The notes under the pieces were generated by a model. The model searched no databases. It was not told the origin of the DNA and worked only from the letters and a program-made list of their open reading frames with translations. The translations under genes were made by a program, and so were the position numbers. Below, piece by piece: positions 53,165 through 64,000 of a stretch of DNA of 64,000 nucleotides (within the stretch, counting starts at the first letter, position 1; each line of letters starts with the position of its first letter). Source of the stretch: Octopus sinensis (Eukaryota); NCBI RefSeq assembly GCF_006345805.1, contig NC_043001.1, positions 105,524,001 through 105,588,000 of the forward strand, written 5' to 3'.

Positions 53165-54648
53165 TCTTTTCTAGTTTCAGCTCAGAGCTGCGGCCATGCT
53201 GATGCACCGCCGTTTTGTGCTACACTTTTGTTACGACGAACCTCGTCTAATATGTGCCACTTGGGGAAGAATGGAGTTTGATACAGCTACTCTCATTTGC
53301 ACCTCTTGCCGTGAGGTAGGTTCATCTGGGACTCTTGACAGGAAGAGGTCCAGCTTTGATTTAAAAACCGCTACATCTACTTTGTGCAAGTTCCTCAGAC
53401 TCTTTGGAAGAATATTAAAAAGCTGTGGGCCCTTGAAACCCAGGCTGTTGCAGAAGCTGTTCCTGAAGCGTGATGGCATTGCTGGGATCTTTGGCACTAC
53501 GCAGTGTCGTCCCGTTCTAGCATTGGTGTAGCTTACAATGCCAAAATTTGGCACAAATCCTTCCAGGATCTTCCAGACATATATCACTGCACCCCTCTCC
53601 CGTCTTCTCTCCAGGGAGTAGAGTCTTAGCTGTTTCAACCTTTCCCAGTAGCTGAGCTGTTGTAAAGAGACGATCTTCTTTGTGAATCTTCTCTGGATTG
53701 CTTCAAGGTCCGCTGTTAATTTTACACTGGTGGGTGACCATAGCTGTGAGCAGTAATCCAGGCGACTGAGGACGAATGTCCGCCAGAGGACCATCATGGT
53801 TTCCTTATCTCTGGTTCTGAATGTTCTTAGGATCCACCCAGCCAGTCGTCTGCACTTTGTCGCAATCCTGGTAATGTGCACTTGGAAAGAGGTATCATCA
53901 CTCATGTCAATACCCAGGTCCCTCACAAACTTAGGCTCTGGGATTGAAATTCCCTGTGGACCGGTGTATCCTGTAAGTTTAATATTCCGTTTTGGATGCT
54001 GGTTGTGCAAGGCCGGGAATTTTTCAGCATTAAACTGCATATTATTATCCTCAGCCCATCTGTAGATTGAGTCCAACTCCTGCTGCAGGTGTGCAACATC
54101 GCTGGAGTTCTGTATTTTCTGCGAGACTTTCGTACCGTCTGCATAGCTGGCCAGAGTGGCTATCCGGGCATTTGAGGGCATATCTGAGAGGGCCACTATA
54201 AAAAGCAGTGGTCCCAAGACAGTGCCCTGTGGAACACCGCTCACTATTTGTGTGTTCATAGAGGTGGCTCCATTAACCACTACTGCCTGACTGCTATCTT
54301 TCAGGAAGTCATGCAACCACACTCCAAGTTTTCCTGCTATGCCGAGGTCACGTAGTTTGTGGCATATCATACCATGATCCACCTTGTCAAAAGCTTTTGC
54401 AAAATCAAGGTAGATTACGTCCACATTTGATTTGTTGAGTAACTGCCTCAACACCCAATCATAATACTGTAAGAGCTGGGTGAAACAGCTCCTACCTGGT
54501 CGAAAACCATGCTGGGTATTACTCAGCAAGTTATTTTCCTCAAGGAATGCGATTAGTTTCTTTCTGACTATCCGTTCCATGACTTTGCTGATGTGTGAAG
54601 TCAGAGAGATAGGCCTATAGTTTTTGGCATCTGCTCTACTTCCCCCAT
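53165..54648 (-). mobile_element. 5'-truncated CR1-clade LINE
   Basis: Starts at GGSRADAKNYRPISLTSHISKV; RT motifs QHGFR, YLDFAKAFD, SGVPQG.VLGP; short 3' UTR. Confidence 0.92.
53231..54580 (-). CDS. Reverse transcriptase (ORF2 3' part), catalytic motif YADG instead of YADD
   Basis: 449-aa uninterrupted ORF; agc tat gca gac ggt at about 54134-54148 (minus strand). Confidence 0.88.
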   Translation of the reverse strand: MERIVRKKLIAFLEENNLLSNTQHGFRPGRSCFTQLLQYYDWVLRQLLNKSNVDVIYLDFAKAFDKVDHGMICHKLRDLGIAGKLGVWLHDFLKDSSQAVVVNGATSMNTQIVSGVPQGTVLGPLLFIVALSDMPSNARIATLASYADGTKVSQKIQNSSDVAHLQQELDSIYRWAEDNNMQFNAEKFPALHNQHPKRNIKLTGYTGPQGISIPEPKFVRDLGIDMSDDTSFQVHITRIATKCRRLAGWILRTFRTRDKETMMVLWRTFVLSRLDYCSQLWSPTSVKLTADLEAIQRRFTKKIVSLQQLSYWERLKQLRLYSLERRRERGAVIYVWKILEGFVPNFGIVSYTNARTGRHCVVPKIPAMPSRFRNSFCNSLGFKGPQLFNILPKSLRNLHKVDVAVFKSKLDLFLSRVPDEPTSRQEVQMRVAVSNSILPQVAHIRRGSS

Positions 54649-54817
54649 TTGATTACAGTTTACAATTAATGTACACAAAATGCGATATTTTAATTCGATG
54701 AATCGAGTGGAGGATACACACCTGTGTGTGTGAGCATTGTCAAACTAAAACACCTGGTTGTTGTTTATACACCTGTCTCCGTCTTTTGTTTTTCTATAAG
54801 TTTCAACAATATATATA

Positions 54818-54870
<53 letters not shown>

Positions 54871-54963
54871 CATACATATACATACATATACATATATATA
54901 TATATGTACATATATTACATACATAGATACACACAGACACACACACACACACATATATATATG

Positions 54964-55517
54964 CGAGGTTTAGTCAAAGAGTAATGTCATTTTGTTTAGG
55001 ACAGGTATAATTACCAACACAGGAACATGTATTATACATCAGAACGAAGCTGGTCCTCTGTGGATCACATCCCTAATTCTCAACATAGTTACAGTTTCTC
55101 TCAATAGCAATGTTCCACTTTCGAATGAGAGCATGTATCCCCTGCCCCGTAAAATTCTGTTGACTGTTCTTTGAGACACTTCTTCCCTACAGATTTCAAT
55201 TCCTCGTCACTGGAATGTTTGCCTCTCAAACCCTCTTTCGTGTCGCCGAAGTGATGATAGTCCGAAGGCGCTAAATCGGGTGAGTGTGGAAGTACTGAAG
55301 AAGTGGCTCAAAGAACAGTCAACAGAATTTTACGGGGCAGGGATACATGCTCTCATTTGAAGTTGGAACATTGCTATTGAGAGAAACAGTGACTAGATTG
55401 AGAAGTAGAGATGTGATTCACAGAGGACCAGCTTCATTTTGATGTAGGATACATGTTCCTGTGCTGGTAATTATATCTATCCAAAACAAAATGGCATTAC
55501 TTTTTGACTCACCCTCG
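54964..55517. mobile_element. Mariner-derived fold-back element built from two 3' ends
   Basis: Arms 54964-55185 and 55297-55517 are reverse complements. Minus strand 55290-55073 reads PHSPDLAPSDYHHFG..EFYGAGIHALIRKWN..YVEN*. Confidence 0.9.
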
Positions 55518-55915
55518 CACCTTAAATATAAAATGGTAAATTTCCTTTCGCCAAAATACGGGATTCTCGATAGGGAAAATCCAACAAACTTTATACTTAC
55601 ATGCCTTTGGACATATATCGCCATGTAAACAATACACTCAGTTTTCATGTTGGCTTCATGTTATCTTCAACGGAAAGCCAAGATGTCGGCATAGAATAAT
55701 ATAAGAGGAATATTCATCTAAGCAATTTAAGAAAACCTAGTGTTGCATCATGTTTCCAGTTTTATGATTTCTCGTTCTAAAAATGGTCATAATTATATTT
55801 TGAGTGGAACTAAAATTTTCAAAGTTATCACATTAGGCTTCATATAAATTTTGCCAAATGTATATATCCCAGCATTTTATGCAAGGAACTCTCTCTGTCT
55901 GTCTGTATGTCTGTA

Positions 55916-55961
<46 letters not shown>

Positions 55962-56830
55962 ACTCTCTCTCTCTCTCTACATGGTTCCTGAAACAGGAGA
56001 TCTACATCCAAACTAAACACCAGCATAATCGTCAACGCCAAACTATATGATTCCTGCAAAGATGTTTATCCTTTCTTATCCATTCAGACAGCAACAATAC
56101 AGCAAATTGTTTATCGGAATTATGATCTGAGTGAAAGATGCAAGTTATATTCTAAATATATCGCAAGTCTAAACATATGCTGGAAGTATGTAAAACAGCA
56201 AATAAGATTCTTGGAAGAGATTTATTGTATATTGACGATTACACGAAGCAAAAGCACGGTATAAATCTAATTTGTTAGTATGTTTTCATTGTCGATGTGT
56301 CAAATATTTCAAAATATTATCTTCCTATGAAATCTGCTTTTTTTTTACTTGGTTATAGGCTTCCATTGTTAATACTCTTCATGAAACTCTGTAGGCAAGT
56401 GGCACGCAGAAGAATTAAATGGTTTTGATAACATTTCAAAGAGCCCACGGGAAGTATACATGTATGTATGTATGTATGTATGTATGTATGTATGTATGTA
56501 TGTATGTATGTATGTATGTATTATGTATGTATGTATGTATGTATGTATGGTTGTGTGCATGTATGTATGCATACATGTATATATAAAAAATACAAAATGG
56601 GAGAAGAACGCAAAACATCCAGGCAGTTAGGTGATACAAAAATGGGACAACAAAACATCCATATAGACGATACAAAGAAAACAAGGACGGGTCATGGGAA
56701 CTTGTCTTTCCTCAGTCAAGTACCAGATTACCTCCGCAATCTCGGCTGATTATACTTGAGATTGCCCCAATCTGGCCAGCCCCCACATGTATATAGTCAT
56801 ATATCGTATGCCTAAGGGACATTTGCTACA

Positions 56831-57060
56831 CTACAGCGAATGACATCCCCTGTTAATCACGAGTTCTGCAGCTGCCTTGCCACTCTTGTCTAGACAGTTC
56901 TTGATATTGTCCGTCCATTGCATTTGTTTCATGCCTCTTGATCTATTACATTCTACTCTTCCTTGCACTATAACGTTTTCCAGCCCTCGGCTTGTTCGAA
57001 TATTGTCATAATGGTTGAGCTTTTGTTGATTAACTGAGAGTTCGCAGAAGCCTCGTTTTT
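56831..57060 (-). mobile_element. RTE-clade LINE 3' fragment
   Basis: Translates KLNHYDNIRTSRGLENVIVQGRVECNRSRGMKQMQWTDNIK, like the RTE C-terminal LEK.I..G.VEG.R.RGRP..W.D.IK. Confidence 0.7.
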
Positions 57061-57110
57061 AACCTAGCCTTCTTTTAGATACAGTCTTATTTTTAACCTA
57101 ACTTTGTCTA

Positions 57111-57307
57111 TCTTACTTGTTTTGTCATGTGACTGCGGCCATGCTGGAGTACTGCCTTTAGTTGAGCAAATCTACCCCCAGAACTTATTCTTTGAACGTC
57201 TCGTACTTATTCTATCGGTGTCTTTACCGAACCTCTAGGTTACCGGGACGTAAACACGCCAACATCGGTTGTCAAGAAATATTGAGTGGACAAACACAGA
57301 CACACAA

Positions 57308-57310
<3 letters not shown>
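57111..57310 (-). mobile_element. SINE family A 3' half
   Basis: gactgcggccatgctggagtactgcc...acgtaaacacgccaacatcggttgtcaag...ggacaaacacagacacac. Confidence 0.85.
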
Positions 57311-58903
<1,593 letters not shown>

Positions 58904-59214
58904 ACACAACGGGCTTTTTGTGCATAACCAGTTTTTTTCCTTTTATTGTTCTATCAATAATATAGGCGTACCCTTTGTATAGAAGCTTTCTGCTTCCTTG
59001 TTCCGTTTTTATGAACTCTATGATCTCGCGCATGTCGGTTTATTGTCCCGTCAGCCAATTGTCCAATCGTCGAATTGTCTGCGCACGGATGTGCAGAGTT
59101 AATATTCGAAGGCAAGTGCTTCCCTGCAACTTTAAAGTCTATATATACTCCAGTAAATATACCAATGGACATATGCATATCTAAACGCAGCTTTTAGTCT
59201 GAGATAAAGAAATT

Positions 59215-59975
59215 ATGAAGGTCATGGTGGAATAAATTGCAATGCTTCCTTTCATAAAACTCATCTACGAGACTTTTAAATATTCATCGATAAAAAATCG
59301 GTGAGTTTTAACAGAGTCGATAAAGCACAGTAAACAGCACCTAGCATTATTATTTTTACTCTCTGCACGATATTGCCCTTCATTCTTTCGGGTCCGAGGA
59401 AAATGTCTCTATGGAATGCAGTGGTTAGTTAGAACGATGAGATTGCTGCAGTTTGCTCAGTTAGTTTACGCTCAAATTTCCAATGTTCCGTTGATGAACA
59501 ACATAATCACACTCCCTAGCACACTAATGTAAACATATGGAACTAGTCATCAGTTTAAGGAAACCTTCCTTCTTCCAAAATACCTGTATTCAGGGTCTCG
59601 AAGGCAGGTATTTGGGAAGAAGGAAGGTTTCCTTAAACTGATGACTAGTTCCATATGTTTACATTAGTGTGCTAGGGAGTGTGATTATGTTGTTCATCAA
59701 CGGAACATTGGAAATTTGAGCGTAAACTAACTGAGCAAACTGCAGCAATCTCATCGTTCTAACTAACCACTGCATTCCATAGAGACATTTTCCTCGGACC
59801 CGAAAGAATGAAGGGCAATATCGTGCAGAGAGTAAGAATAATAATGCTAGGTGCTGTTTACGGTGCTTTATCGACTCTGTTAAAACTCACCGATTTTTGT
59901 CGATGAATATTTAAAAGTCTCGTAGATGAGTTTTAGGAAAGGAAGCATTGCAATTTATTCCACCATGACCTTCAT
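59215..59975. repeat. Near-perfect inverted repeat: 372/371-bp arms, 18-bp spacer
   Basis: 59215-59586 is the reverse complement of 59605-59975, with 5 substitutions and one 1-nt indel; spacer tattcagggtctcgaagg. Confidence 0.97.
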
Positions 59976-62598
59976 TTCTTATTTCATCGATCGCAGTAAA
60001 AGTAATGAAGTCCATCCAGGGCATTGGAGTTGAGTGCGGCATAAAATAAGATAACAGCAACACAGAAGATAACACAACCGTTCATTGATGGTTGCAGTGA
60101 TTCCACTTCCTATACGCTAATAACGCCATTAAAATGCATTAATGCCTCAACATATCTATGTAAACGGCTTGTAAGCCTTGAAACGTAGTTTATTATCCAA
60201 AATGTTTTGAAATTGTCGCAGTACAACATTAATTCTGGGTGTATTAAAATACGGAGATTATTCTAAAGATAGAAAATTGAGCTTTCATAACACGATTTAT
60301 ATATTTTATCATTACATTCGAAAATAACAAATTTTCTCATTTACAATTTTGCCAAATTCCTTTTCTATGTTTCTGTTTTGAAACATTTATCTACAGCAAT
60401 TTGGTAACTTATTTACTGAATTGATGAAATTGAAAGAAACCAATTGATTTTTTTATAAGCTCTGAGGTTTTTCTCCATAAACATCTTTAAGTCTTTGATA
60501 CCATTATGGCAATGATCATTTTCGCAATAATAGCATGTACCCACTTTATGTATTATTGAATATGCTGTTTCAGAGAATTTATACGACGAGAATATTATCA
60601 AAATTTCATTTTTATTTCAATCAATCTCATACATTTCAGATCACTTGTTTATGATTTATTTATATAAATCCTATTTGGTTTTGTGACTTACTCAAATTTA
60701 TATTCAAATCCGACCGCACTCTGAGTGGTTTGCAAATTATCTTAAATATTAGAGTACATTCGTAATTCAAAATACATGTATATAATGCAGAAAATAAAAT
60801 TGGTAACAATGGAAGACAAAACTTGTTATGTCAAAGTCATACGTACGTAATACTATTCACGTGCATGCACTGATTAAGTATTAATTGTTTCCTGAGATCT
60901 TATGATTAAATCCTCCATAGTTTGAAATTTTCACTGAATATTTCTATGCTACAATGCTGTCTTAAATCTATCGTACAAATTCCGACGGCAACGGGACACT
61001 TTTGAGCGAGAAACTGGTGTGTTTACTCAGTTCAAATCCAAATCATACAGTAACGCCATTATGATTCATACGAAAGGAATTTATTTTCTGAAATGCAAAT
61101 GTTATTAGAATACGATTATGGCATTTAACTATCTTTACGAGTATATTCCTAAGGTGTGTCCGTGTAATTGAATAAAGATAGCGTATATTACTTGAACGTA
61201 TTCAATCCGTAATCTACTGTCTAAAGAAATGTGAATAATATGATCTCAGACGGACGAGAACTTGGTAAAATGGAAACAAAATCAGCAAAACCATAATGCA
61301 ATCAAATAGTGTATTCGTTTCGTCTCAATGGACTCCTATCAACTTTGAAATGTGATTAAGCAGGTAAAATTTTATTGTCGCAATTTCATGCAGGTCGTTT
61401 AATTCAATTTCGATGTAGGTGTACATTTTATATGTAATTTGAATAACTAATAAAGATTTCACACTATTCATTTTGGTAGTTTCATTTACTAACGTTTCTT
61501 AGAAATACTCGTGTATTTTGGACAGCGGATAAGGCGTATGCAATGCAAACATTTTCCGAGGATTACTGTTCATTCATTCATTCCTGTCAACAATATTGCC
61601 TGTTGTACAAACAATTGTATTGAGACAATACATTTTTCGACAGCAGAATTAGTGGCCCGGCGGACAGATATTCTTAGGAGACAGTCATTATAAAATGGAA
61701 GCATAAGAAAAAGAAAATGATGGCTAGGAGACATAGTAAATTATGTGTATTATATAGAAGATTTGCTAGGACTTGTATGCCTCGGATTTTAACAATATCC
61801 TTCATCGCTATACAGATATAGCGACATATAACATGCGCACGATTCTGGAATATACTTCAAGTAAATAGTTGAAACATTCGATCATATGCTGTCACTAATA
61901 TAAAGAAATGGACCGAATGCGTTTCTGTGTGTGTGTGTGCGCGTGAGTTTGCGTGTGGTTGAGCATGATCGGAAGTTAAAAGAATATCTAAAGAAAGTGA
62001 GCTACATGGAAATGGTTAGGTGCATATTTGGATGAAAGTACAGCCACCAGGCAACTGTCAAATTAATGGGCCACATTCTAAACAGTTCATCGCTTCTATT
62101 CGTCTTCGGACGTATTTTGGTTTTCCGAGTGGACACTGAAATTAGTACACCCCCCACCCACACATACACACACAGACACATACAAATATGCAAGGAAGTT
62201 ATATATTTGCGAACACAAAAATCACGAAAAAGATACGTGAAATGTGGGGACGGGTTAGCTCTAAAGCAGGCCCGTTTTGTTTATAATGAACAGCAGATAT
62301 AAGTATCTGACGATTTATACTGTGACAAAGTGTACAGACAGCTAGAATCCTAATATACAAGTAGCATTTATTTTTTTTCATTTTTCCTCTAACATAAACT
62401 TTATTCCCATTTAGAAATCTGAAATGTAATCATCACAAAAATAAATAAAATAACTTTTTAAAAAAACTAGAATCTAAGGGAAAAATCAAGAGAGAAACAT
62501 GTTTTATTACCAACAAAAATGAGCAAGCTATAATAAGGTATACATATTTTGAATCATGCGCTGAGCGCATTTATGTGTGTCAGTGTGTGTATGTAAGA

Positions 62599-62634
<36 letters not shown>

Positions 62635-64000
62635 GTCTGCGTAATATTCATTGTCGAAAAAGATTTGTTAGATGATATTATCCGTGCAGCTAAGAGATAC
62701 GTTCTCTCTGAATTACCTTTAGAATTCAAAAGAAACTTATAAAAGGAAACAAATTCAATCAGATCGTGAAATTCAAATATTTGAGTTTCCCTTGTTCTCA
62801 ACATTTCCTTGGATATACCCTAGACGTTCCCTTGGCAGAAATTTCAGATTTAGGAAATGTATGCTTACATGCGTTTACGTATGTAAGCATAGAGCGGAAA
62901 AATTTGTCAATAGACAGTTTTGTAAGGGTAATTTGCACAGTATTTCTGCAGTTGTAACGGCAATTCTGCGCTCGAAAAAATATCTTCTAATTTGTATCGC
63001 TCAGCACACATTTCGACGTTTATAAAAACAAATGTTAGTTTATTTGCTTTTATATACACCTGTATATACATATACTTACATACATACATACATGCAGACA
63101 TATATATATATATATATATATATAAATGTAAGATCCGAGGATCGAGGTGTAGGAAGAAAGTTAGCTTCAAGCAATCCGTAGTAAACATGAAAAACAACTT
63201 ACAGGGACAACAGTGGTTTATTGAAACGGAAGGTTGTGGATTTTTTTCGTATCCAAATACAATAAACTGAAATAAGTTTTTTGTACATTTCGCGGTAGGC
63301 GACCTGCGATGCCGGATGTGTGAATTAAAATACAAAAGTTACGGAATGGACTCGATTAGATTTGGGCTACATATGTTTCATAGCGAGTGGAATCTTCCAC
63401 GCATTAATATTTACCTCCTTTCGACAATGTGAACGTTTATCTAACCACGTTATCCTTGGCCTGAAGATTAGGCTTCTATATATGCCTGGATTGTATATTT
63501 ACCACTTTCGAGGTTCCGTTCGCTAAGAAACATATGTAACTCGGATCTTATCACTCCATTCCGTAAGTCTTGTTTGCATACAATATCCTTACGTATCTCA
63601 CGTCTGTTTTCATTCCTCCACTTCACTCTATATTTCATATCTTCTCTATACTTTTGCCGGATAATCTCCTTTGTCATTTTCATTATAGCTTTGAAAACAA
63701 ATAATAGTGAAATCGAATTGCAATCTTCAAAACTTGCGTTAAGAGGAAGCAATGCAAAATTACTAACCGCTTTTATAGCAAGTTGAGGGAGTTAGTTTAT
63801 TCCGCCCCCTCCGATTTTAGGTCATACAATTGAAAAAACCGCAACATTTATGGGATAAGCCACTATATATATATATATATATATATATTAAGGTATGTAG
63901 AAAAATACAACATGGACAAGAACGTATAACTCTTAGAAGACGATACAATAAACATGGACAGGACATTCGAACCCCTCAGTCTTCAGTCAAGAACCGGATC

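Noticed and set aside
58954-59178. GVY...IGQ...RDHR pattern suggesting a GIY-YIG endonuclease
   Set aside because: Spacing between the motifs (~25 aa) is too long and the YIG tyrosine is absent.
59638-59680. CTGATGA inside the large palindrome
   Set aside because: No GAAA follows the possible stem II; not a hammerhead.

Overview
AT-rich, microsatellite-dense eukaryotic DNA with no confidently identifiable host gene. The repeat content looks like an octopus/cephalopod intron or intergenic region; this is inferred from the SINE families and microsatellite density and was not checked by search. The recognisable coding material is transposon-derived: two decayed HERO-like RLE non-LTR retrotransposons (1-1095, 27843-29815), a young 5'-truncated CR1-clade LINE (53165-54648), a Dong/R4-like 3' fragment inside a (TAA)n tract (50995-51485), an RTE 3' fragment, and mariner relics. 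At least four tRNA-derived SINE families occur in about 20 copies. The most notable structures are: (i) a 760-bp near-perfect palindrome (59215-59975); (ii) small fold-back elements whose arms carry minimal hammerhead-ribozyme cores of the Penelope type, with a shared extra-A variant (10303-10515, 19001-19543, plus solo motifs); (iii) a CR1 LINE 3' tail shared with the commonest SINE; (iv) an unclassified 555-bp non-coding element in the same (TAA)n tract as the Dong/R4 fragment. Nearly all other ORFs in the track are microsatellite artefacts. A few isolated exon candidates are reported at low confidence. Repeat boundaries were read by eye and are approximate (about +/-10 bp).
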